A stretch of DNA of 64,000 nucleotides from Candidatus Latescibacterota bacterium (GTDB lineage: Bacteria; Krumholzibacteriota; Krumholzibacteriia; WVZY01; JAKEHA01). The stretch is from assembly GCA_963707635.1 (NCBI GenBank), contig OY970173.1, positions 1,664,001-1,728,000 of the forward strand, given 5' to 3'. The translations under genes were made by a program, and so were the position numbers. Under the pieces are notes generated by a model. It saw only the letters and a list, made by a program, of their open reading frames with translations. It searched no databases and had not been told where the DNA came from. Below are positions 11,946-21,765 of the stretch, in pieces. Positions within the stretch are counted from its first letter, which is position 1. The number at the start of each line of letters is the position of its first letter.

Positions 11946-13076
11946 ATGAGCAAACGCGATTACTACCACGTGCTTGGCGTCGAACGCAGCGCTGGCAAGG
12001 ACGAGATCAAGAAGGCGTACCGCAAGCTGGCGTTCCAGCACCACCCCGACAAGAACCCGGGTAATAAGGACGCGGAGGAGAAGTTCAAGGAGGCGACCGA
12101 GGCCTACGAGGTCTTGAGCGACCCCGAGAAGCGGCGCGAGTACGACCAGTTCGGCCACGCCGGGCTCGGCCGCGGCGCAGGCGGGGCCAGTCCGTTCGGC
12201 GGCGCCGGCGGCCCCGGAGGCTTCGCCGGCTTCGACCTGTCCGACGCCCTTCGGGCATTCATGCGCGAGTTCGGCGGGTTCGGCGACTTCGAGGGCGGGT
12301 TCGGCGGTGGCGGCGGTGCGCGCGTGCGCAAGGGTCGTGACCTCCAGCTGCGGGTGAAGCTGACCCTCCCCGAGATCGCGAGCGGCGTGGAGAAACAACT
12401 CAAGGTCACCAAGCTCGTCCCCTGCGGGACCTGCAAGGGTAGCGGCGCGCGCGACGGATCCCGCGCGTCGACGTGCGAGGTGTGCCAGGGCACGGGTCAG
12501 ATCAAGCAGGTCCAGCGCACGATCCTCGGCCAGTTCATCAATGTCGTCGACTGCCACGCGTGCGGCGGGGAAGGCTCGGTCGTGAAGGACCCGTGTCGCG
12601 ACTGCGACGGCGAGGGTGTGGTGAAGGGCAGCGAAACGGTAACGGTCAGGATTCCCGCCGGAGTGGCCGGCGGCAACTACATCACCGTGCGCGGCGGCGG
12701 CGACGCGACCGGGCGGGGCGGGCGCAGCGGGGACCTGTTCGTCATCATCGACGAAGAAGAGAGCGGGCGCTTCGAACGTCACGGCAACGACGTGCTCATC
12801 GACCTGCCGCTGACCTATCCGCAGCTCGCGCTCGGCACCAAACTCGAGGTGCCCACGCTCGACGGCAAGGTGCTGCTGCGGGTTCCCGGCGGGACGCCCT
12901 CGCACAAGATCTTCCGCCTGAAGGGCAAGGGGATCCCGCGCCTCAATGGGTACGGACGCGGGGATCAGCTGGTCCGCGTGGTCGCCTGGGTTCCTGAAAA
13001 GCTCAACAAGAAGGAAGAAGAGCTCTTGAAGGAGCTCGACAAGTCGCTCTCCACGCGCGCGCCCAAGGTCGAGTGA
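11946..13076 (+). CDS. dnaJ: Chaperone DnaJ
   Basis: J domain with HPD, G/F-rich region and four CxxCxGxG repeats. Confidence 0.98.
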   Translation: MSKRDYYHVLGVERSAGKDEIKKAYRKLAFQHHPDKNPGNKDAEEKFKEATEAYEVLSDPEKRREYDQFGHAGLGRGAGGASPFGGAGGPGGFAGFDLSDALRAFMREFGGFGDFEGGFGGGGGARVRKGRDLQLRVKLTLPEIASGVEKQLKVTKLVPCGTCKGSGARDGSRASTCEVCQGTGQIKQVQRTILGQFINVVDCHACGGEGSVVKDPCRDCDGEGVVKGSETVTVRIPAGVAGGNYITVRGGGDATGRGGRSGDLFVIIDEEESGRFERHGNDVLIDLPLTYPQLALGTKLEVPTLDGKVLLRVPGGTPSHKIFRLKGKGIPRLNGYGRGDQLVRVVAWVPEKLNKKEEELLKELDKSLSTRAPKVE

Positions 13077-13084
13077 GCCATGCC

Positions 13085-13151
13085 GCGGGTGGCGCCGAGG
13101 CGGGGCCCCCGCGAGGCGAAGCCCGCGGGGTGACGAGGCGACAGGACCCGC
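13085..13151 (+). repeat. Structured intergenic repeat, copy 1 (REP/MITE-like)
   Basis: 67 bp; differs from 30598-30663 at three positions. GCGGGT...ACCCGC ends and an inner stem capped by GGC-GAA-GCC. Confidence 0.85.
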
Positions 13152-13165
13152 GGCGTGAAGGTTCC

Positions 13166-13870
13166 ATGACCGCCCATCTCTTCTCGTTCTACGTGCCCGC
13201 CCTCGTCGAGTCCGACGCGACCATCGAGATCGGCGGCGACGAGCATCGCCACCTCGCGCGGGTGTTGCGCATGTCGCGCGGCGGGACCCTCCGTGTCACC
13301 AACGGGCGCGGGCTGATAGTCTCCGCCGCGATCGAGTCCATCGGGGCGTCGAAGACCCTCGCGCACGTCACCTCGGTCGACGAGCGTGATCCACCGCGGA
13401 CGCGCCTGGCGCTCGCGCTCGGCGCGATCCAGCGCGCCCACTTCGAGATCGCGGTGGCGCAGTGTGTCGAGGTGGGTGTCACGGAGGTCATTCCGGTGCT
13501 GGCCGAGAAGTGTCACGCGCGCGCGTGGTCGTCCGCGACCCGCACACGCGCGCAGCGGGTCGCGATCTCCGCGATGAAGCAAAGCAATCGTTCGTGGCTG
13601 CCGCCGATCCACGACGCCGTGACGGTCTCCGAGCTCGCGCGGTCCGCCCGCGGGTTCGCCCGCGCCGTACTCGCGGACGCAGCCGGCGGCGAGCTTCCCG
13701 GCGGGAGCGGGGAAGCCCTGGCGATCGTCGGCCCGGAAGGCGGGTTCACCGATTCGGAAATCGAGACGCTGGTGGCGGCGGGGGCCGCGCGCGCCGCGCT
13801 CGCGCGCCACCGGCTTCGCGCCGAGACCGCGGCGGTGGTGTTGGTGGCGGCGCTGGGGCGCGGAGTTTGA
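13166..13870 (+). CDS. rsmE: 16S rRNA m3U1498 methyltransferase
   Basis: HLARVLRM, IVGPEGGF, RLRAETAA; follows dnaJ. Confidence 0.92.
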   Translation: MTAHLFSFYVPALVESDATIEIGGDEHRHLARVLRMSRGGTLRVTNGRGLIVSAAIESIGASKTLAHVTSVDERDPPRTRLALALGAIQRAHFEIAVAQCVEVGVTEVIPVLAEKCHARAWSSATRTRAQRVAISAMKQSNRSWLPPIHDAVTVSELARSARGFARAVLADAAGGELPGGSGEALAIVGPEGGFTDSEIETLVAAGAARAALARHRLRAETAAVVLVAALGRGV

Positions 13871-13895
13871 CACCGTGGGGTTCGTCTCATAGACT
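13867..13895 (+). promoter_or_regulatory. Sigma70-type promoter for yqeY-cvpA-mutS2-dnaG
   Basis: TTGACA-17 nt-TAGACT. Confidence 0.7.
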
Positions 13896-13916
13896 GCAAC
13901 AAGGGGTTTATCGCAC

Positions 13917-14357
13917 ATGATTCGTGATCAATTGACCGACGACATGAAAGCCGCGCTCAAAGCCGGCGACAAGCTGCGCTTGAGCGTGGTCCGCATGCTC
14001 ATCTCGGAGCTCAAGAACGAGCGCATCGCGCAGGGCAAGGACCTCGACGAGGCCTCGGAGCGCAAGGTGCTCACCGGTTACGCGAAGAAGCGCAAGGAAG
14101 CCATGGACGCCGCGCGCTCGGGCGGGCGCGAAGAGATTGCCGCCCGCGAGCAGCAGGAGCTGGATATTACGATGTCGTATCTTCCCCGGCAGCTCAACGA
14201 CGACGAACTGCGGACCATCGTCCGCCGCCACGTCGAATCGTCGGGGGCGCCGGGGGCGCAGGCGTTCGGGGCGGTCATGAAGGCGGTCATGACCGAAGTC
14301 GGCGGACAGGCCGACGGAAAGCTCGTTTCCGCGCTCGTGCGCGAGATCCTCGGGTAG
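13917..14357 (+). CDS. GatB/YqeY domain protein
   Basis: DMKAALKAGDK...YLPRQL...GQADGKLVS. Confidence 0.92.
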   Translation: MIRDQLTDDMKAALKAGDKLRLSVVRMLISELKNERIAQGKDLDEASERKVLTGYAKKRKEAMDAARSGGREEIAAREQQELDITMSYLPRQLNDDELRTIVRRHVESSGAPGAQAFGAVMKAVMTEVGGQADGKLVSALVREILG

Positions 14358-14371
14358 CAGGGCGGGGCCCC

Positions 14372-14899
14372 ATGGACGGCGCGACCATCGCGAGCATCGT
14401 CACCCTGGGGGTCCTCGCCGTGGGCGCAATCGTGGGCGGCACCAAGGGATTCGCCCGCCAGGTGATCGAGCTCCTCGGTTTGCTGGTGTCTTTCTTCGTC
14501 GCAGCGGTGGTGGCGAGCTGGGTGGCCGCGTTTCTCTCCGATCACACGTCCATGCCGCACGCGGCCACGCTGGTGGTGGGGTTTGTCATCGTGTTCATCG
14601 GCGGGCTGGTCGCGTTTCATTTCGTGGCGCTCTCGGCGCAGCGCGTGATTCACACCACGCTGTTCGGTTGGGTGGATCGAGGGTGCGGCGCGGCGCTCGG
14701 ACTGGTGGCGGCGCTGCTGGTCGCGAGCGTTCTCGCCAACGTCCTCATCGAGCTGCCGATCTCGGCCGACCTGGAGCGGAGCCTGGAGGAGTCGTCGGTG
14801 GTCGCGTTCGTCCAGCCCATCGCCGGCTGGCTCTTTGATCTGGTGACGCCCCGCGATGGCGGCGCGTTCGCTGCCGCGCGCGCGGACCGTGTGTACTGA
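14372..14899 (+). CDS. cvpA: CvpA (colicin V production) family membrane protein
   Basis: GxxKGFARQ and DRGCGAALG motifs, hydrophobic; cvpA-mutS2 synteny. Confidence 0.85.
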   Translation: MDGATIASIVTLGVLAVGAIVGGTKGFARQVIELLGLLVSFFVAAVVASWVAAFLSDHTSMPHAATLVVGFVIVFIGGLVAFHFVALSAQRVIHTTLFGWVDRGCGAALGLVAALLVASVLANVLIELPISADLERSLEESSVVAFVQPIAGWLFDLVTPRDGGAFAAARADRVY

Positions 14900-14938
14900 T
14901 CGATGCGCCCCGCGGGGCTTCTTCCCGCCGCAATTCAC

Positions 14939-17296
14939 ATGACGATTCAAGAGACATCGCACGCCTTCGAGCACGCCGTGCGCGCGCTCGCGCTGGATGA
15001 CGCCCTCGCCCTCGTGGCGGCTCACTGCGTCAACGACGGGGCCAGGCGCGTGGTGGCGGCGTTGCGGCCGACGTCGGATGCCGCCGCCATCCGGGAATCG
15101 CTGGACGAGGTCGGCGAGTACCGGACGCTGCGCGAGCAGTCGGGCGACCTGGCGATTCCCGACACCGGATACCGCGCCGACGTCGAACGCATCGCGCGCG
15201 GCGAGCGCGGCAGCGGCGAGGCGCTGCGGAAGATCGCCGACGGCGAGCGCGCGATCGACACGCTGCGCCGCGGTCTCTCCGGCGGCGAAACCGCCTTCGC
15301 GCGCCTGCGCGCCATCGCCGCGTCCACCGTCGCCCACCCCGAGCTGGTTGCCGAAGCCGACCGCGCGCTCGAAGCCGACGGCACCGTCAAGGACGGGGCG
15401 TCGCCGGCGCTCAAAGCCATCCGGCGCGACATCCGCGCGGCGCGCGTGGGGCTGCGCGAGCGCGCCGAGAAGCTGGTCGGCGAACTCGGCGCCGATTCCC
15501 ACGCCACCGTGATGGGCACCCGCCACGTGCTGGTGGTCCCGCGCGGCAAGGTGAAGAAGGGCAGCGGCCTCGTGCACGGCGCCTCCCAGACCGGTGGATC
15601 ACTCTACGTGGAGCCGGTAGCACTGCTCGAATTGAACAACGCGCTCGAGACCCGCCTCGCCGACGAGACCGAGGAGGTCGCGCGCATCCTGGCGGCGCTC
15701 TCGGACCGGGTGCGACGCCACGCGGGCGAGATTCTCGCCAACGCGGATGCGATCGAGCGCCTGGACGGGATTCGCGCGCGCGCCGCGTTCGCGGAGCGAT
15801 TCGGCTGCGTGGCCCCCGACATCTCGGCCACCGGGAGGCTGCGCCTGGTCCGCGCCCGCCACCCGCTGCTCACCCTCGCGCTGGAGCGCGCGGGCACGCT
15901 CGATCGCCAGGTGCCGCTCGATCTCACGCTCGAGCCCGGGCGGCGGCTCCTGGTCATCACTGGTCCCAACGCCGGCGGCAAGACCGTGGCCATCAAGACC
16001 GTCGGGCTCGCGACGCTCCTCCTGCAGTGCGGCCTGCCGATTCCGTGCGCGCACGGCAGCGAGCTGCCGGTATTCGAGCAGGTGTTCGCGGACATCGGTG
16101 ACGAGCAGTCGCTGGAATCGTCGCTCTCGACCTTCACGTCGCACCTGCGCAACCTGGATGAGATGAGCCGGCGCGCCGACGCCCACACGCTCTGTTTGAT
16201 CGACGAAATCGGCGACGGCACCGACCCGGACGAAGGCTCCGCGATCGCCGTCGCCACCCTGGAGCGGATGCTCGCCTCGAAGGCCGCCGTGATCGCGAGC
16301 ACGCACTACGGGCGCATCAAGACCTTCGCGCTGGAAACCGACGGCGTGGCGAACGCGTCGATGGCCTTCGAGGACGAGGCGGCGCGGCCGCTCTATCGGC
16401 TGCTCGAAGGCATCGCGGGTCGCAGCCGCGGGATCGACACCGCGCGGCGCGTCGGGTTCGACCCGGCGGTGGTCGCGCGCGCCGAGCAGGTGGTGGGCAG
16501 CGAATCGTTTCGGCTGGAGTCCGCGCTCGCGCGCCTGGAGACCTCGTTCGTGGCACTCGAGGCAGAACGCGCCTCCCTGGCGGCGGAGCGCGCGGAACTC
16601 GATCGCCTGGTGGCGTCGAACCGCGAGAAGGAGCGGACGTTTTCGGTGACCAAGAAGGAGGCGAGCCGGCGCGCGCTGCGCGAGGCGGAAGAGTTGCTGG
16701 TCCAGACGCGGAGCGAGATCGAAAGCCTCGTGCGCTCGCTGCGCGAGCGCGGCGCCGATCGCGCCACGATCCGCGAGAGCCGCGCCCGCGTCGAGAAGAT
16801 GATCGCGGACGTGCGCGGCAAGTCCGCGCCGGAGTCCGCGGTGGCTCCGCTCGCGAGCGCGGCCGTCGGTGACCGCGTGTCGTTGAGCCCCACCGGCACG
16901 CCGTCGGGAATCGTGGTCGAGGTCGACCGCAAGGACGCGGTGGTGGAGCTCGGCGGCAAGCGCATACGTGCGCGCCTGGGCAAGCTCTACGCGGCTGCTG
17001 GCGAGGCGCCGGCGGCGCCGCGGGCGCCGATCCACGTCGAGTACGAACCGGTGGGTGCGATGGAGGTCAGCGTGCGCGGGCTCGACCGCGAGAGCGCGGT
17101 CGAGGAAGTGAGCCGGTTCGTCGACCGCGCGCTGCTCACCGGACTCCAGGAAGTGAAGATCGTGCACGGGCTGGGGGGAGGCATTCTCGGCCGCGCGGTG
17201 CGCGATTTCCTCTCGAAGGACCCGCGCGTCAAAGCGGTCCGCCCCGGCGACCCGATGGAGGGAGGCATGGGGGTGACGTTCGTCACCCTCCGCTGA
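14939..17296 (+). CDS. mutS2: Endonuclease MutS2
   Basis: ITGPNAGGKT, DIGDEQSLESSLSTF, DEIGDGTDP and a C-terminal Smr domain (IVHGLGGG). Confidence 0.95.
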   Translation: MTIQETSHAFEHAVRALALDDALALVAAHCVNDGARRVVAALRPTSDAAAIRESLDEVGEYRTLREQSGDLAIPDTGYRADVERIARGERGSGEALRKIADGERAIDTLRRGLSGGETAFARLRAIAASTVAHPELVAEADRALEADGTVKDGASPALKAIRRDIRAARVGLRERAEKLVGELGADSHATVMGTRHVLVVPRGKVKKGSGLVHGASQTGGSLYVEPVALLELNNALETRLADETEEVARILAALSDRVRRHAGEILANADAIERLDGIRARAAFAERFGCVAPDISATGRLRLVRARHPLLTLALERAGTLDRQVPLDLTLEPGRRLLVITGPNAGGKTVAIKTVGLATLLLQCGLPIPCAHGSELPVFEQVFADIGDEQSLESSLSTFTSHLRNLDEMSRRADAHTLCLIDEIGDGTDPDEGSAIAVATLERMLASKAAVIASTHYGRIKTFALETDGVANASMAFEDEAARPLYRLLEGIAGRSRGIDTARRVGFDPAVVARAEQVVGSESFRLESALARLETSFVALEAERASLAAERAELDRLVASNREKERTFSVTKKEASRRALREAEELLVQTRSEIESLVRSLRERGADRATIRESRARVEKMIADVRGKSAPESAVAPLASAAVGDRVSLSPTGTPSGIVVEVDRKDAVVELGGKRIRARLGKLYAAAGEAPAAPRAPIHVEYEPVGAMEVSVRGLDRESAVEEVSRFVDRALLTGLQEVKIVHGLGGGILGRAVRDFLSKDPRVKAVRPGDPMEGGMGVTFVTLR

Positions 17297-17301
17297 CGGT
17301 C

Positions 17302-19050
17302 ATGCCCATTCCACAGCACGTCATCGAACAGGTTCGCGACCGCAACGACGTCGTCGAGGTCGTCGGGCAGTACGTCGACTTGAAGCGCGCGGGAACGAAC
17401 TACAAGGGCCTGTGCCCGTTCCACCAGGAGAAGAGCCCGAGCTTCACGGTGAGTCCCGAGAAGCAGATCTTCCACTGCTTCGGCTGCAACAAGGGCGGCA
17501 ACGTCTTCCAGTTCGTGATGGAGATGGACGGGGTGAGCTTCCCGGAAGCGGTGCGCGCGCTCGGCCGACGTGTCGGGATCGAAGTGGAGAGCCGCCCGGG
17601 CGCGGAAGACGCGTCGGAGAACGAGGCGCTCTTCGAAGCGAACTCCTTCGCGGGGCGCTTCTACCACGCCGAGCTCACCCGCTCGCCCGCGGCCGAGAAG
17701 GCGCGCCGCTATCTCGAGGGCCGGGCGATCCCGAGGGAGGCCTGGACCCACTTCGGACTGGGCTACGCGCCGGCCACCGGGGAAGCCCTGTGGGCAGCGG
17801 CGCAGGCGAAGTCGATCTCCCGCGACGTGCTGACCCGGTTGCGCCTGGTCGTTCCGAGGGAGGGCGGACGCGGTTACTTCGACTACTTCCGGGACCGGGT
17901 CATCTTCCCGATCATTCAGCCCGGGAGCCGGGTGGTCGGCTTCGGCGCGCGGACCCTCGGGGACGCGGACCCCAAATACCTCAATTCTGCCGAGAGCGCG
18001 CTGTTTCAGAAGCGGCGGACGTTCTACGGACTCGACCGCGCCCGCGACCCCATTCGGACCCACCGCCACGCCGTCATCGTCGAGGGCTACACCGACCTGA
18101 TCCGGCTCCACCTGGTGGGCGTCACGAACACCATCGCGACCTGTGGAACCGCGCTCACCCCGGAGCACGCGACCCGGCTGCGGCGTATCACGCGACGGGT
18201 CGTCCTGGTGCCCGACGGCGACGCCGCCGGGCAGAACGCGGCGGTCGCATCCGGGGCACTCCTGATGGCGGCAGGGGTAGAAGTTGGGGTGGTACCGCTG
18301 CCAGCGGGACAGGATCCAGATTCGGCGGGTAAATCGAGTTCTCCACAAGAGTTTCAAGAACTTCTTTCGCGGCCGTTGGAATATTTCAAATTCCTTGACT
18401 ATACTATCCAACACCGAAACCTGACGGCGCGGGAGCGCGAAGACCTGATTCGACGGGTGGTTGGCGGGATCGGCGAGTCGGACGACCCTCTGCGGGGGGA
18501 TGTACTGATTGGGGAGCTGGCTCGCGTGGTACGAGTGGATCCCGCCGGGCTGAGGCGGTTGCTTCGACCGGGTGCGTCCGACGGGGCGGGAAGCGTAAGG
18601 GGTGATGCCGGGGCAGGCCGGGTCGGCGGCAACAGGCGGTCGCTCGAACGGCTCGTGCTGCGGCTGGTCATGGAGGGCACCCCGTCGGCGCTGGACGCCC
18701 TGGAGTCGCTGGATGTGGAGGATTTCTCGGAGGAGCCTAACCGCAAGTTATATAAACTGCTTGACTCGGTGCGGGAGGCCCATATTGATTTGAGGGGTCG
18801 CGACTTCCAACGTCGCGCCGAAGAAGCCGGGCTGGAGGGGTTTGCCGCTGAAACTTCCCTTTTATCCGTCCCACCCGGGAATGTCGATACACTTCTGAAA
18901 GACGCCGTTCGCAGGTTGAAGAAGCTCCGTATTCGCGACGAGTTGGCGTTGCTCCGTGAGCGACTCTTGAATCTGCCGTCGGAGAGCGACGAAGCCGTAG
19001 CCGTCGCGGAGTATTACCATCGGTTGCGCCAGGCGCTGGCCGAACTATGA
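17302..19050 (+). CDS. dnaG: DNA primase
   Basis: [11 protein letters not shown] zinc finger, KYLNS, VEGYTD, DGDAAG. Confidence 0.97.
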   Translation: MPIPQHVIEQVRDRNDVVEVVGQYVDLKRAGTNYKGLCPFHQEKSPSFTVSPEKQIFHCFGCNKGGNVFQFVMEMDGVSFPEAVRALGRRVGIEVESRPGAEDASENEALFEANSFAGRFYHAELTRSPAAEKARRYLEGRAIPREAWTHFGLGYAPATGEALWAAAQAKSISRDVLTRLRLVVPREGGRGYFDYFRDRVIFPIIQPGSRVVGFGARTLGDADPKYLNSAESALFQKRRTFYGLDRARDPIRTHRHAVIVEGYTDLIRLHLVGVTNTIATCGTALTPEHATRLRRITRRVVLVPDGDAAGQNAAVASGALLMAAGVEVGVVPLPAGQDPDSAGKSSSPQEFQELLSRPLEYFKFLDYTIQHRNLTAREREDLIRRVVGGIGESDDPLRGDVLIGELARVVRVDPAGLRRLLRPGASDGAGSVRGDAGAGRVGGNRRSLERLVLRLVMEGTPSALDALESLDVEDFSEEPNRKLYKLLDSVREAHIDLRGRDFQRRAEEAGLEGFAAETSLLSVPPGNVDTLLKDAVRRLKKLRIRDELALLRERLLNLPSESDEAVAVAEYYHRLRQALAEL

Positions 19051-20861
19051 CCAGGAGAACAAAGATGAAGGTGGCGAAGGGAACCAGCACGAAAGCGGCG
19101 GCCGCTGCGACGCCGGATCGTTTCGACGACGTGCTCGAAGACATCCGTCGGATCGCGGAGGACAAGGGCTTCGTTCTGAACCACGAGATCGACTCGCTGG
19201 TGGGGGACGACTTCACGCCCGAGGACATCGTGGTCCTGTACGATCGTTTGAGCGAGGAGAAGATCGACTTCTTCGACTCGCCGGAAAAGGCGCGTCTCAA
19301 AATCGACGCGCGCAAGCGCCGCGAGGAGAAGGAAGAGCAGAAGACCGAAGAGGAAGTCAAGGCGGTCATCCGCTACGACGACCCCGTGCGCATGTACCTG
19401 CGCGAGATGGGGAAGGTGCCGCTGCTCGACCGCGAGGGCGAAGTCGAGATCGCCAAGCGCATCGAGCAGGGCCAGATCCTGATCGCGAAGGCGGTCTTCT
19501 CGCTGGATTCACCGGTGCGGGAGCTGCAGAGGCTCGCGCGGACCGTCGAGAAGGGCGACATGCGTCTCGACGAGGTGGTGCAGGTGGAGACGGGCGGGAT
19601 CGCCCCGTCGGCCACCGGCAAGAAGGAGCGCCAGATGCGCTTCCGCCCGGTCAAGAAGATCGCGGCGTTGCGCAAGGAGATCGTCGAGGTCCAGAAGAAG
19701 CTCAAGCTCAAGAAGAACACGACCAAGCGGCCGGCGCTGGAGCGCTCGCTCGAACTGCGCCAGGCGAAGCTCTTCGAGGAGTACATCAAGCTCCAGCTCA
19801 ATCCGAAGCAGCTGGAGCGCATCGTCGAAAACATCCGCGTCACCCGCGACCGGCTCAAGGATTACGAATCGAAGCTCGGCGAGTACGAAGAGTTCGTCGG
19901 GCTCACCTACGACGACATCCTCGCGCACGTGAAGAAGCTCAAGGGCGGCTCGCGCCGGCGTAACGTCAAAGTCGACGGCAAGGGGATGTGGTCGCTCGAG
20001 ATGCTGGAAGACTTCGAGCGCAAGATGCGGGCGTTGCGCGCCGAGATCAAGGAGATCGAGAAGGAAGAGAACATCTCGATCAAGGATCTCGACAAGATCG
20101 TGGACAGCATCCGCAAGGGTGAGATCCAGGTCCAGCGCGCCAAGAAGGAGATGATCGAGGCGAACGTCCGTCTCGTCATCGCCATCGCGAAGCGCTACAC
20201 CAACCGCGGGCTCGAGTTCCTCGACCTGATTCAGGAGGGCAACAGCGGGCTCATGCGCGCGGTCGACAAGTTCGACTACCGCAAGGGCTACAAGTTCTCC
20301 ACCTACGCGACGTGGTGGATCCGCCAGGCCATCACGCGCGCGATCGCGGACCAGGCGCGCACCATCCGCGTGCCCGTGCACATGATCGAGGCCATCAACA
20401 AGGTCTCCCGCGCGCAGCGCAAGCTCGTGCAGGAGAACGGCCGCGACCCGACCCCGGAAGAGGTGGCGAAGAAACTCGACTACCCGCTCGACAAGGTCAA
20501 GAGTGTGATGAAGGCGAGCATGGAGCCGATTTCGCTCGACCGGCCGATCGGCGAGGACGAGGACTCCAACCTGTCCGACTTCATCGAAGACACGTCGGCG
20601 GCTTCGCCCGCGCAGTCGGCGTCCCACGCCATGCTGCGCGACCAGCTCAACCGCGTGTTGAGCACGCTCACGCGTCGCGAGGAGAAAGTCATCCGCCTGC
20701 GCTTCGGCCTGGGGGATGGAACGCCGCGCACGCTGGAAGAGGTCGGCACGATCTTTAATGTCACGCGCGAGCGCGTGCGTCAGATCGAGGCGAAGGCCCT
20801 GAAGAAGCTCCAGCACCCGAGCCGGGCGCGAAAGCTCAAGGGCTACACCGAGATCATATGA
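19047..20861 (+). CDS. rpoD: RNA polymerase primary sigma factor
   Basis: [43 protein letters not shown]. Confidence 0.98.
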   Translation: MTRRTKMKVAKGTSTKAAAAATPDRFDDVLEDIRRIAEDKGFVLNHEIDSLVGDDFTPEDIVVLYDRLSEEKIDFFDSPEKARLKIDARKRREEKEEQKTEEEVKAVIRYDDPVRMYLREMGKVPLLDREGEVEIAKRIEQGQILIAKAVFSLDSPVRELQRLARTVEKGDMRLDEVVQVETGGIAPSATGKKERQMRFRPVKKIAALRKEIVEVQKKLKLKKNTTKRPALERSLELRQAKLFEEYIKLQLNPKQLERIVENIRVTRDRLKDYESKLGEYEEFVGLTYDDILAHVKKLKGGSRRRNVKVDGKGMWSLEMLEDFERKMRALRAEIKEIEKEENISIKDLDKIVDSIRKGEIQVQRAKKEMIEANVRLVIAIAKRYTNRGLEFLDLIQEGNSGLMRAVDKFDYRKGYKFSTYATWWIRQAITRAIADQARTIRVPVHMIEAINKVSRAQRKLVQENGRDPTPEEVAKKLDYPLDKVKSVMKASMEPISLDRPIGEDEDSNLSDFIEDTSAASPAQSASHAMLRDQLNRVLSTLTRREEKVIRLRFGLGDGTPRTLEEVGTIFNVTRERVRQIEAKALKKLQHPSRARKLKGYTEII

Positions 20862-20867
20862 TCGATT

Positions 20868-20900
20868 GTCGGGCGTCGACGCGAGTGGTCGACGCCCGAC
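20868..20900 (+). terminator. Hairpin downstream of rpoD (possible terminator)
   Basis: 13-bp stem GTCGGGCGTCGAC/GTCGACGCCCGAC; no U tract. Confidence 0.55.
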
Positions 20901-20963
20901 GCGCTCCCTCCAAGTTCGACGTCTCCACGCCACGATTGCGCAGGGCCCACGCGTTAAGGATGT

Positions 20964-20993
20964 TTGACGCCAGGGCGAACGTCGGGGTATGCT
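20964..20993 (+). promoter_or_regulatory. Sigma70-type promoter of the intron-containing tRNA
   Basis: TTGACG-18 nt-TATGCT, ending 10 nt before the tRNA 5' end. Confidence 0.65.
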
Positions 20994-21034
20994 CCGGCGA
21001 CAGGGCCCATAGCTCAGGGGTTAGAGCAGCCGGC

Positions 21035-21412
21035 TCAACGCAGTGAATCTAAGTTGAGACGAGGGTTGTGTAGCTCGGCGTGGCAGTTGTGACAGACTAG
21101 AATGCACTTGTGCACCTCCGCCAACACTGAATCCAGCTTTCGGTTGGAGAGAGATCGTATGTCCAACTTGAAATGCTTCTTCTTGGCGCCAGGGGTGTGA
21201 TGAAAGGCGAGCGCGGCCAGGTTCTTGTTGTATCCGCAAATCGAGCAGCGACCGCCCGCCTTCTTGACTAGTTCGAGCTTTCTAGCCAGTCCTCGCCGCT
21301 GTTGTGCTGCGTAACTCTGATGGTGGTCGTTCTTGCAGGGAATCGAGCAGAATCGAGATTGCCGGCCTCGCAGACGGGCACCGCACACGATGCAGTTAGA
21401 CTTAATGGTCAT
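21035..21412 (-). CDS. Intron-encoded Zn-finger HNH endonuclease (putative homing endonuclease), antisense to the intron
   Basis: 125 aa with CIVC-x-FCSIPC, then CSICG...FHH...KCILVCHNCHAELH. AT-richer than the flanking genes. Confidence 0.85.
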   Translation of the reverse strand: MTIKSNCIVCGARLRGRQSRFCSIPCKNDHHQSYAAQQRRGLARKLELVKKAGGRCSICGYNKNLAALAFHHTPGAKKKHFKLDIRSLSNRKLDSVLAEVHKCILVCHNCHAELHNPRLNLDSLR

Positions 21413-21639
21413 AACTGTAATCTACGCTCAATATGATTTGATTGCCAAGGGCTGCCTGGCGAGTAATCGCCAGGGCATAGCCTGCCAAACTCGGGGAAGC
21501 CTAAATCGAGTGACACGGTAATCCCGAGCCAAGCTCCGTCAGGAGAAGGTGTAGAGACTAGACGGCAGGCACCCCACGGGGGTGAAGGGATAGTCCAGCC
21601 CACGAACTCGAAAGGGGCAGCGAAAGCTGTCGTGGGACG
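21036..21639 (+). mobile_element. Group I self-splicing intron (IC3-like) inserted after U33
   Basis: IGS GGGCTG at 21449-21454 pairs with exon CGGCT through a U-G wobble. P2 CCTGGCGA-GTAA-TCGCCAGG; P3 GCCTGCC/GGCAGGC; P AAACTCGGGGAA; Q AATCCCGAGC; R GTAGAGACTAGA; S AAGGGATAGTCC; terminal G at 21639. Confidence 0.93.
21419..21448 (-). promoter_or_regulatory. Putative promoter of the antisense HNH gene (leaderless)
   Basis: Minus strand reads TTGGCA-18 nt-TAGATT-6 nt-ATG; no room for an SD sequence. Confidence 0.55.
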
Positions 21640-21765
21640 CATAACCGGTCGCGCCCAGGTTCAAATCCTGGTGGGCCCACCAAGTTCCAGTCGCAGAGAG
21701 TTGAGCGTGCACTTCGGCACGTTGGTTGACCATATCGGAGGGAGCCACGCCGGCAGCGGCACACC

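Larger units (their letters stand above)
21003..21682 (+). tRNA. tRNA(CAU), probably tRNA-Ile2, split by a group I intron (exons 21003-21035 and 21640-21682)
   Basis: Joined exons read GGGCCCATAGCTCAGGGGTTAGAGCAGCCGGCT|CATAACCGGTCGCGCCCAGGTTCAAATCCTGGTGGGCCCACCA, a complete cloverleaf. G1-C72 is paired (not initiator); C4 and C5 fit TilS substrates. Confidence 0.93.

Noticed and set aside
21003..21038. tRNA 5' half as a prophage/ICE att remnant
   Set aside because: The 3' half is present with no duplicated segment, there is no integrase, and the intervening sequence has a group I core.
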